A program made the translations under genes and the position numbers. A stretch of DNA of 64,000 nt from Peribolospora baueri (taxonomy: Eukaryota), in NCBI GenBank assembly GCA_029717555.1, contig JAMDHS010000003.1, forward strand, positions 310,001 through 374,000. Reading direction: 5' to 3'. Shown piece after piece: positions 39,758 to 50,491 of the stretch. The notes beneath the pieces were generated by a model. That model was given only the letters and a program-made list of their open reading frames with translations, had not been told where the DNA came from and made no database searches. Each line of letters begins with the position of its first letter. The stretch's first letter is position 1.

Positions 39758-41136
39758 ATGGACACCCAGAACTATCCCTCGAACGGCGTTCCCCCTTCTT
39801 CTTCTTCTTCTTCTCCAGGAGGAGGAGCGGGAGCGGGAAAGAGCGTGGAAGCCGTCTCGGGAGGCGTTGGGCAGGGTAGCGTGACGAAGAGGTTGCAGAG
39901 CGAGCTCATGGGATTGATGGTGAGTCGCTTTTCGTCGTCGTTCCCTCTCCGCTCCGTTCTGTGTTGTCTTTGCAAGGCGCCGCGGGGAGGCAGCCGGCTC
40001 GGCTCGTGGCTGAAGGAAGACGAAGCGAGGCGGGGGAGCGTCTGGGGATCGTGTGCGGGCTTGGCCGTGGGGAACGGCGTTGGCATTGGCATTCTTTCCG
40101 TTTTGTCCCTCCCTCGAGCCTTTGCACCACGCACACTCCTCGCTCCGCCCCGGCTGCGTTGGTTCCCCCAGCCTTTCTCCGAGTTACGCGTGCCTTGGAC
40201 TCGTCGAAGGGGAGGAAGAAACTCACTCTCGATCGATGCTCTTCTCTTCCTTCCTCTCCCCCGTCCCATCAGATGTCCGACGCAGAAGGCATCTCCGCCT
40301 TTCCCGTCTCGGACGCAAACTTGCTCGAGTGGGCCGGCACCATCACCGGCGTGTCTGGCAGTAAGTACCAGCAGTGGCAGACGTGTGAACAGCGACGGGC
40401 GTCGCTGATTCCCTCGACCTGCCGTCCATCGCCGCGACGTCACTATTCTCATCCTTCTTCTCCGTCCCTCTTTCACCGACATCCGCCCGCCTTCTCCAGC
40501 TGTGTACGAGTCCTTAACGTTCAAGATCTCCCTTCGCTTCCCTCCCAACTACCCCTTTTCAGCCCCGACAGTCCGGTTCGAGAGCACGTGCTACCATCCC
40601 AACGTGGATCTGCATGGCAACATTTGCTTGGACATTGTGAGTTCCGGACTTGGCAGCGCGCGCTCGTTTTCCTTCTTCCTGTTTCATTTTTTTTTTCGAG
40701 GAAAGGCGGCTTGACGCATCTCCTTTCCCTCCCAACCGACCGACGCCCGTTTCAGCTCAAGGACAAGTGGTCAGCAGTCTATAATGTGCAGACCATCCTC
40801 CTTTCCCTGCAATCCATGCTCGGCGGTGAGTTGGCTGGTTCGCGTCCCGGGCGAGCCGTCGTGACGTTGTTTACCGAATTTGTTCTTCCTCGTGTACCGC
40901 TGCGTCTAGACCCCAACAACGATTCTCCACTCAACGGCGAGGCCGCCAATCTGTGGGAGGATCAAGCGGGTGAGCGTCCAGCTCGCCTCGAAGCGATGCG
41001 ACTCGACCCGGAGCGGATGACGGACGCGACTGACCGCTCGTTTTTTTTTTTGGCGTTGGCCCCCCGCCCTTGTTCCCCGCGATCAGCGTTCAAGAAGCAG
41101 CTGATGAAGTACTACACTCCGGTCGACGACCTGTAA
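39758..41136 (+). CDS. UBC11: ubiquitin-conjugating enzyme E2-C (UbcH10/Ubc11)
   Basis: [31 protein letters not shown], catalytic [45 protein letters not shown]. Confidence 0.93.
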
Positions 41137-42012
41137 ACGCCGACTCAGCATTACCGGGCCGCCCCGCCGGACGACGCATGCACCCACCCACCCACCCATG
41201 GCCTCTATCACGCACCGCACGCCTGTGACGACAACGACGACCCGTCAAGCTTAGCCCTTTGCCCCCCCCATTTTTGCTCTCTCCCTCCTCCCGGCACCTC
41301 TCATCACCTCTCCTTTCCTCTCTCTCTTCCGCACGTGTACATTCTACGCTCGCTTCACGCCACAGCCAATCCATCCTCCTACCCTCTTCTTCTTCTTCGT
41401 TTTCGTCCCTTGCCCCGGCCGACCGAACGGGTGGGTGTGACGTGATGGGACGTTCTACAAATCGTTCGCCGCGTTGGGTCGGCGGTGGATGGATGGGATG
41501 GCGGCCGGCCTTCCTTGGCGCCGATTTCGTCGCACGAGGGCACGAACGGTGAGCCCGTCGAAACCGACGCTCCGCTTCGTGCAGCGGAGAGCGGATGCGG
41601 TGGAGGTTCGCTAGCCGCTGGCCGGGCCCATCGCGATGAGAGATGAGAGAGAGGAAGGACGGATGAACGAATGGACGTAAACTCCTTAGATTCGTATCCT
41701 TCATGCGACGATGGGCGATAGACATGAGAGGGGGGGGTTGGGGGGGAAGACAAGAGGAAGCGTCGCGGGAACAAGAACGTATCGAGACATGAATTGGAGA
41801 AAAAGAAAGCGACCGACGGAGGGGACGGCAGGCAAGAAAGGGGAGCAAGGAAAGCACAGAAGAAAGGCAAGGCCAAGAAAGAGCGGAGGGAGGAAGGCAA
41901 GCAGCCAAGCAAAACGAAAGAGTTGTCGTCGTGGATGAATGGATGGATGGATGGACGAAGGACATACATGTGCGCGCGCAGAGTCGATGATCTAAAACTT
42001 TTTTCGACACTC

Positions 42013-45000
42013 TCAGGCCTGAACGCCGACGACGCCAGCCTTTGGCGGCACAAAATGCCGGGCGGGGATGCCACCGGCGACGGGGAGCCTGGACCTGCCG
42101 ACGCCCATCAAGTCCTCGTCGACGACTTGGGCGACGCCCCTACCCTCGTTGATGCCCCACACGATCAGCGACTGGCCACGGCGGCAGTCTCCGGCGGCGT
42201 ACAGGCCGGGAGAGCCGGCGGCCAACCGGTAGTCCTTCCAGGCCGCCTTGTAGTTGCCTCGGCCGTCGAGCTCGGCGCCGAGTTGCTTGGCGAGCTCCTG
42301 CTCCGGGCCGAGGAAGCCGAGGGAGAGCAAGCAGAGCTGGGCCGGGTAGAACTTTTCGGAACCCGGCACCTCGTCCATCTTCCACCGGCCGCTGGCGTCC
42401 TTGGACCAGTCGACCCTGACGGTGTTGAGACCGGTGAGCTTGCCGTCGGCGTCCTTGACAAACTCCTTGGTGGAGATGCAGTACTCTCGCGGGTCCTTGC
42501 CAAACTTGTCCTGCACCTCCGAGTGGCCGTAGTCGACGCGGAAGATGCGCGGCCACTGAGGCCACGGGTTGCCCGGACCGCGCGTCTCGGGAGGCTGGGG
42601 GAGGAGCTCAAAGTTGACGATCGACTTGGCACCGTGACGGATGGAGGTGCCGATGCAGTCGTTGCCCGTGTCACCGCCGCCGATGACGACCACGTCTTTG
42701 TCCTTGGCCGACAGGTAATTGCCGTCCTCGAGCTGAGAGTCGAGGAGCGACTTTGTGTTGGGCTGGAGAAAGTCCATCGCAAAGTGGACGCCGTCCGCGT
42801 CGCGGTTGGGCACCTTGAGGTCGCGAGGCCAGGTGGCGCCCGTGGCGATGACCACGGCGTCGTTCTCGGACCGGAGCTGAGCCGGGTCGACGTTGCGACC
42901 GACGTTGGCGTTGACGACAAACTGGACGCCCTCGGCGGCCATGAGGTCGACGCGGCGCTGGACGATGGCCTTGTCGAGCTTCATGTTGGGGATGCCGTAG
43001 ACGAGAAGGCCGCCGATGCGGTCGTTACGCTCGTACACGGTCACCGAGTGGCCGGCCTTGTTGAGCTGGTCGGCGGCGGCCAAACCGGCGGGACCGGAGC
43101 CGATGATGGCCACTTTTTTACCGGTGCGCGACGCGGGCGGGCGCGGGACCATGAGGCCGTGCTCGAAGCCGTAGTCGATGATGGCGCACTCGATGCTCTT
43201 GATGCCGACGGGCTGCTCGTTGATGCCCAAGACGCAAGCTCCTTCGCAGGGGGCGGGGCAGACGCGACCGGTGAACTCGGGGCTGTCAAGCGGGGCCGAA
43301 AACAAGTAAATTGAGCGAGGGGTGGCGTCTCGATTAGGAAGGGACGACCGACGCAGACTCACAAGTTGTTGGTCATGAGCAGACGGTTGAGAGCGTCGGC
43401 CCACTGCGACTTGAACACGAGGTCGTTCCACTTGGGAATTACGTTGCTGATCGGGCAACCGGTATCGGATTGGCAGAACGGCACACCGCAGTCCATGCAC
43501 CGCGCCGCTTGGTACTTGAGCTCAGAGTTAGCGAGTCGGGAGGAGAGCTCGTTCCAGTCCTTGGTGCGCTTGCGTGTGTTACGGTAGTGCTCTCCCAGGC
43601 GCTTGTACTTCATGAACCCGCGCGTCTTGTCGAGCTTGGTGAGGCGCTGCTTGGCCGTCGCGTCGTCGACCATCGAGTCCTCCAGGTCGACCACCGGAGG
43701 CTCGTGGCCGGCCGGCTTGGAGGCGGCCGAGGTGGCGGTGGCGGTGGCGGCGGCGGGGGCCGTGGCGTCCTTGGCGCCGTCGGCGGAGACGGCAGCGGCA
43801 GCGGCGGCGCCGGTCTTGCTGTTGGCGGAGTCGTCCTCGACGACCGACACGTCGACCTGGCTCGAGTGGCGGGAGAGCGAGCCGAGGAGGTCGACGTGGC
43901 TCGACCGCTTCTTCTCTGCGGCCGCCTTGGCCGCCTGCTCCTCAAGGACGCGCTTGTAGTCGAGGGGCATGACACGGACGAAGCGAGGGAGGAGGTGAGC
44001 AAAGTCGTGGAGCACGTGGTCCGCGACGGTGGAGCCGGTGTAGTGTCGGTGGTCCTCGATGAGGTTGCGAAGCTCGGCAACCTCGTGCGGGTCGGTGACG
44101 CGACCGAGCTCGACCATCTCGGTGTTGCACCTCGACTTGAAGTTGCGGTTCATGTCGAGAACGTAGGCGATACCACCGCTCATACCGGCCGCAAAGTTGC
44201 GGCCGGTGGAGCCGAGAATGACGACGCGACCGCCGGTCATGTACTCGCAGCCGTGGTCGCCGACGCCCTCGACGACGGCGTGGGCGCCCGAGTTCCTGAC
44301 GGCGAAGCGCTCGGCGGCGATACCGCGGAAGTAGGCGTGGCCGGAGGTGGCGCCGTAGAGGCAGACGTTGCCGACGATAATGTTCTCCTCGGCCTTGAAC
44401 GTGGACGTCTTGGGCGGGTAGACGATGAGACGACCACCGGAGAGGCCTTTGCCGACGTAGTCGTTGGCGTCGCCCTCGAGCTCAAAGGTGATGCCGGGGG
44501 CGAGGAAGGCACCGCAGGACTGACCGGCGGAGCCCTTGGCGTTGATGTGGATCGTGTCCTTCGGCAGACCATCCTCGCCGAAGAGCTTGGAGACGCGGTA
44601 GGAGAGCGTGGCGCCGAGGGCGCGGTCCGTGTTGACGACGTCGCAATCGATCTGGACGGGGAGACCCTGGGTGAGCGCGGGCTCGGCCTCGTCGATAAAC
44701 TTGTTGTCGAGACGGACGTAGAGCTTGTGGTCCTGCTGGCGGACCTTGTACGTCGCTGCGCCGGGCCTCATGGTGTGAGCGGGCTTGAGGAGCGCCGAAA
44801 GGTCCAAGTTGGCCGTCTTGGGCGTCCGGAGCTTTTCGTTAACGCGCAGGAATTCAGACCGGCCGACCATCTCGTTGATCGTCCTGAACCCGAGCTTGGC
44901 CATGATCTCGCGAAGCTCCTCGGCGAGGTAGTAGAAAAAGTTGACCACGTGCTCCGGCTGACCGGCGAACTTTGCGCGCAGCTCGGGGTCCTGAGTGGCG

Positions 45001-48000
45001 ATACCGACGGGGCAGGTGTTCTGAGAAAAAGAAAGGAAAACAAAAGATTAGCCGTCGGCGGTAGAACAACAACGAAAACCTCTGATAATGATCACAAAAC
45101 TCACCAAATGGCACTTCTTCATCATGACGCAACCCATAGCGATGAGCGGCGTAGTAGCAAAGCCGTACTCCTCCGCGCCGAGGAGGCAGGCAATGGCGAC
45201 GTCGCGACCGGTACGAATCTGACCGTCGGTCTGGACAGTGACGCGGCCACGGAGGTCGTTGAGGACGAGCGTCTGGTGCGTCTCCGCCAAGCCGAGTTCC
45301 CACGGCAGGCCGGCGTACTTGATGCCCGTCCAGCGAGAGGCGCCCGTACCGCCGTCGTGGCCAGAGATGAGAATGTGGTCGGCGCGCGCTTTGGCGACGC
45401 CCGAAGCGACGATGCCGACGCCGACTTCGGAGACCAGCTTGACGCTCACACGCGACCGCGGGTTGGCGCACTTGAGGTCGTAGATGAGCTGCTTCAAGTC
45501 CTCGATCGAGTAGATGTCGTGGTGCGGCGGCGGGGAGATGAGGCCGACGCCGGCGGTGGAGTGACGCGTGCGCGCGATCGACTGCGACACCTTGTGTCCC
45601 GGCAGCTCACCACCCTCACCCGGCTTGGCGCCCTGGGCCATCTTGATTTGCAGCTCGTCAGCGTCGGCAAGGTAGTTGCTCGTCACGCCAAACCGGCCCG
45701 AGGCGACCTGCTTGATGGCCGAGCGCATCGAGTCGCCGTTCGGCAGCGGGTTCGACCGCTCCGCGTCCTCACCACCTTCTCCCGTGTTCGACTTTCCACC
45801 GAGCCGGTTCATGGCGATGGCGAGACCGGAGTGGGCCTCCATGGAGATGGAGCCGTACGACATGGCGCCCGTGCAGAACCGACGAACGATCTCGGTCCAC
45901 GGCTCGACCTGGTCGACGGGGATGCCCATCGCCTTGTCAAAGTCAAAGTCGAGCAAGCCGCGAAGGGTGACGCGTCGAATCTGCTCGTAGGCGTTTTGGG
46001 CGTACGTGTTGTAGGCCGTCTGGTTCTTGTTCCGGACCGCGTCTTGAAGGTTGGCGATGCCAGTGGGGTCGTTGATGTGCGGCTCGCCGCCGTCGCGCCA
46101 GTGGTACTCGCCCGACTCGGGTAGGCCGGCGGGGACGACGGTATCGCGGGAGGGCCAGGCGCGCTCGTGGAACTCGAAGGCGTCCATGGCGAGGAGCTCA
46201 AAAGTGGCGCCCTTGACGCGCGAGGCGGTGCCGCTGAAGCACCGGTCGACCACCGAGTTGTCCAAACCTAGAGCCTCGAAGATCTGAGCGCCCTTGTAGG
46301 ACTGAAGAGTGGAAATGCCCATCTTGCTCATCACCTTGAGGATGCCGTTGTCGCACGCGTGGCGGTAGTTGTCGAGCAGCTGATCGTCGGTCAGGTCGCC
46401 CTTGACGAGGCCCTCGCGGCCCATCTTGAGCATGGCCTCGATGGCGCCGTACGGGCAGACGGAGTCGGCGCCGTAGCCGACCAGGACGCAGAAGTGGTGC
46501 ACCTCGCGCGCCTCGGCGGACTCGACCATGAGCGCCACCTTGGAGCGCTCCTTGCTGCGGGTGAGGTGGTGGTGAACGCCACCGCAGGCGATGAGCGCCG
46601 AGATGGGCAAGCGGTCCGGGCCGGTGGCGCGGTCGGAGAGGACGACGACGCGGTAGCCGTCGCGAATCGCTTTGGAGCTCTCGGCGCAGATGCGGTCCAG
46701 GGTGGCCTTGTAGCCGGCGAGGCCCTCGCGCTTGTCAAAGGTGATGTCGATGACCATCGTCGGCCAGTCCCGGTGGACGACGTCGAGCTTCTTCACCGCG
46801 TTCATCTCCTCGATGGAGAGCACGGGGGAGGGGAGGAGGAGCCTGTGGGCCTGCTCCGCGCGCTTCTCCAGCAGGTTGCCCTCGGGGCCGACGTACTGCT
46901 CGAGGGACATGACGATGTTTTCGCGGATGGGGTCGATCGGCGGGTTGGTGACCTGAGCGAAGAGCTGGCGGAAGTAGTCGTAGACGAGGCGAGGCGCGGT
47001 GGTCATGCAGGCCAGCGGGGCGTCGTTGCCCATCGAGCCGAGGGCCTCCTTGCCGTCGGAGACGAGGGGGAGCATGAGCAGGTTGATCTGCTCAGCGGTG
47101 TAGCCAAAGGCGAGCAGCTTGGGATCCGTGCTGAGCGGGGACTCGTCGACGACGGGGGCGATGTTGGCCTTGGCACGGACGTGCTCGACAATGTTGGGCA
47201 GACGGAGCATCTGCTCTTCGAGCCAGGCGGCAAAGTTCTCGGACTGGGCGGTGGAGAGCTTGAGCTCGCGGTCGTCGACGACGCGGCCCTGGACGGTGTC
47301 AACGAGGAGCATCTTGCCCGGCTGGAGACGGCCCTTGGAGAGGACGGTGGAGGGCTCGATGTAGATGGTGCCGACCTCGGAGGCGCAGATCATGATGTCG
47401 TCCTTGGTGATGATGTACCGGCACGGGCGGAGACCGTTCCGGTCCAGGTTGGCGCCGCAGTAGCGACCGTCGGCAAAGGTGAAGAGGGCGGGGCCGTCCC
47501 AGGGCTCCATGAGACAGGCGGCCCACTGGTAGAAAGCCCTCTTTTCGGGCTCCATGTCGGCGTTGTCCTGCCAGGCCTCGGGGACCATCATCATGACGGC
47601 CTGCGGGAGGGTGAGGACGCCGTTGACGACGAGGAGCTCGAGGACGTTGTCAAAGGCGGCCGAGTCGGAGCCGCCGGTCTCGACGATGGGGTAGAGCATG
47701 TCGAGCTCGTCGCCGAAGAGGGTCGACTTGAGCTGACCCTCGCGTGCGCGCATCCAGTTCTTGTTTCCGCGGATGGTGTTGATCTCTCCGTTGTGGGCGG
47801 CCCAGCGCATGGGCTGGGCGCGGTCCCAGGAGGGGAAAGTGTTGGTGGAGAAGCGGGAGTGGACGAGGGCAAAGTGGGCGGCGTACCAGCTGTTGTTGAG
47901 GTCGTGGTAGTAGTTGTAGACCTGGGGCGGGGTGAGCTGACCCTTGTAGACGATGTTCTTGTTGCTGAGGGAACAGATGTAGAACCACTTTGCGAGGGTG

Positions 48001-48680
48001 ATGGTGTGGGTGGAGTGCTTGCGGAGGACGTAGAGCTGTCGGTTGAAACGGCCCTCGTCAAACTTTTCGGGCTGCTCGCACTGCGTCGACTTTTCGCCAT
48101 AGCTGGCCTTGAGGACGACGAAGGGCTGCATGATCTTGGGCTCCTTGCTCAGCGCGGCGGGGCCGAGGATGGTGTTGTCGACGGGGACGTCTCGCCAGCC
48201 GAGGACGCGAAGGCCGAGCTCGTCGGCGATGCGCTCAAAGGTGGCGATGTGCTGGGCGCGGGCGCGGGCGTCGTTGGGGTCGAAGAAGAGGTTGCCGACG
48301 GCGTACTCTCCCTCGGCGGGAAGGACGCATCCGAGCTCGCGCTCGGCCTCGCGCTGGAAGAAGGCGTGGGGGATGCCGGTCATGACGCCAGCGCCGTCGC
48401 CGTCCCTCGCGTCGGCGCCGGTGGCGCCACGGTGGGTCATGTTGCAAAGGAGGGACTTTGCATCGCTGACGATCTTGTGGGAGGCCTTGCCCTTGATGTG
48501 GCAGAGGAAGCCGACGCCGCAGGCGTCTTTTTCATTTTCGGGGTCGTAGAGGCCCTGAGCGGCGGGCAGGGAGCCGGCGGCCCAGGAGGCGCCGTCTCTC
48601 TTCACGGACTGGAAGCCATTGGCGTTGAAATCGTCGCTCGTGGTGGTCTCTGGGTGAGCGTCTAGGCGAGCGATGGCCAT
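42013..48680 (-). CDS. GLT1: NADH-dependent glutamate synthase (GOGAT), fused alpha and beta subunits; coding introns at 45021-45104 and 43283-43362
   Basis: Ntn amidotransferase DA^[22 protein letters not shown]-domain [12 protein letters not shown], 3Fe-4[14 protein letters not shown], beta-subunit [10 protein letters not shown] and [18 protein letters not shown] and GGGDTG Rossmann motifs. Confidence 0.98.
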
Positions 48681-49379
48681 GCTATTGGCCTGGGCGGGTT
48701 GGAGCTGGATGGGAGGGCGGTGGGGCAAGGGCAAGGGCAAGGGCAAGAGCAAGGGCAAGGGCAAGGAGCGGAGGGCAGGGAGCGCTTGCCAGCCGAGTTG
48801 GCGACTGGGAGTTGGGAGGTGCTGTAGGGAGGGATGGATGGGAATGGGCGGGTGGCGGTGGTGAGGATGAAGGAGGAAGAGGAGGGGAAAAAAGAAGGGA
48901 GGGCGAAGAAGCGGTGGGGGTTAGTCCTGGCCTGTGAAGCGCATCCGCCGCCGGCAGATCTCTCGGCCGTTGTGTCGGCCTGTCTGTCTACCATCCATCC
49001 TTCCACCCATCCACCGGTCGGTGCTTGATCCCCTCCATCCATCGCTTGCACGCTCGTTTGCTCGCTCGCTCACTCACCGAAACGTCGGCACGGATCGGCT
49101 TGGCGTCGGGCGAAACCGCGGAGAAGCGAGGGATGGCGAGGGCAAGGGCGAGGCGTCGAGCGGTCCGAGACCGAGTCACGCTCAGAGACAAGCCGGGAGG
49201 AGGAAAAAAAGGCAAGAAAAAAGATCAAAAGTCAAAAGTGGAATAGCGGAAAGCGGAAAGCAAGAAATCTGACAAGGCGGGCAAGATGGCCGAGTCGAGG
49301 CGGCAAGAAAAAAAAGAAAACGGGAGGAGATGTTGTGGACCAATCGATGGCCTCGGTTTGGCAAGAAAGGGCGAGTGAG

Positions 49380-49386
49380 TGACTCA
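49380..49386. promoter_or_regulatory. Gcn4/CpcA (AP-1-type) site TGACTCA upstream of GLT1
   Basis: Perfect TGACTCA 700 bp upstream of the GLT1 ATG; a GATAAG lies at 49760-49765. Confidence 0.45.
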
Positions 49387-49950
49387 GACCGAAACGAGAA
49401 GAGGCGAGCAGAGCGGGTCGGAAGCCGTCCGTCCGTCCGTTCGCATGAGCACCGGCTGCGGCAATCTCTATCGCATCTCATCTCCTCCCGATCCATCCAT
49501 CCATCTCATCTCATTCTCAAACTCGACTCGGCTCATCCATCCATCCATCCACCCATCCATCCATTTCAAACGTCAACGTCCACATCCACATCCCTCGCCC
49601 TCCATCCCCCGTGACAAAACCGACCCACCGACCGCCGCCCAAACACACGCCACCCCGCCCTCCTTCCCTCCAGCCAAGCCAAACCCGCCTCGGTCTCGGC
49701 CTCGGCCACCGCCCGACCCGTCCGACGGTCGCGCCATCCCAACGATCTCATTGGCTCGAGATAAGCCCCTCCCTTCACCCCGGCCACACGCCGCAGCCTT
49801 TTTTTTCCCGTCGCTCGTCGTTCCCCGGACTGCGGTAAGCCGGTCGGTCGGTCGGGCGCGAGCGGGAGCAGGGGACGGATGAAGATGATAGATGGCGGCC
49901 AAGCTCCTCAGTTATGTTCGTCTCGCTGCGGTCATTGCGGACCGATGACC

Positions 49951-50070
49951 GAATGAATGAATGAATGAATGAATGGATGGATGAATGAATGGATGGATGA
50001 ATGAATGGATGGATGAATGAATGAATGGATGGATGAATGAATGGATGGATGAATGAATGAATGGATGGAT
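49951..50070. repeat. compound tetranucleotide array (GAAT/GGAT)30
   Basis: (GAAT)6(GGAT)2(GAAT)2(GGAT)2(GAAT)2(GGAT)2(GAAT)3(GGAT)2(GAAT)2(GGAT)2(GAAT)3(GGAT)2. Confidence 0.95.
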
Positions 50071-50491
50071 GAAACCAAAGAACGAACGAGCGCAGCAGCG
50101 CTTGCCCACGCCTACCGTACAGCCACCAGCAAGCAAGCGAGTGAGTAAGTAAGTAAGAAAGTCAGAAAGCAAACACCCCGCCGTCCGTCGTGTCGTCTCA
50201 TCACAAGACCGGAAGACGCGAAAAAGAAAAAGAAAAAGAAAAAGACGCCATGGTGGGACCGACCGATAAGATTAGATAGGTAGATAACGTGGACCCAGTC
50301 TTCCTCCAGTCTCCCCTCTCCAGTCTCCGTCCGCCCTAGGAGATAGCAGAACGACGCCCGACCGAACCGAACCAAAAAAAGTCTTATCAAGCAAGGCGTG
50401 CCGTGGCGACACGCGTCCGTCCATACATGCAATAAATAGAATTCGAAAACCACCCACGCCTTCGTTCCATCTCCTCTCCGCCCGAGCCCCA

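Noticed and set aside
39961..41136. 391-aa ORF spanning the UBC11 locus
   Set aside because: Read-through of stop-free introns. It skips the catalytic HPN...C exon, which lies in another frame, so it is not the real product.
41794..48665. Very long + strand ORFs (506, 884 and 768 aa) antisense to GLT1
   Set aside because: Shadow ORFs from the strong GC3 codon bias of the sense gene; the translations are V/G/A/D-rich with no motifs.
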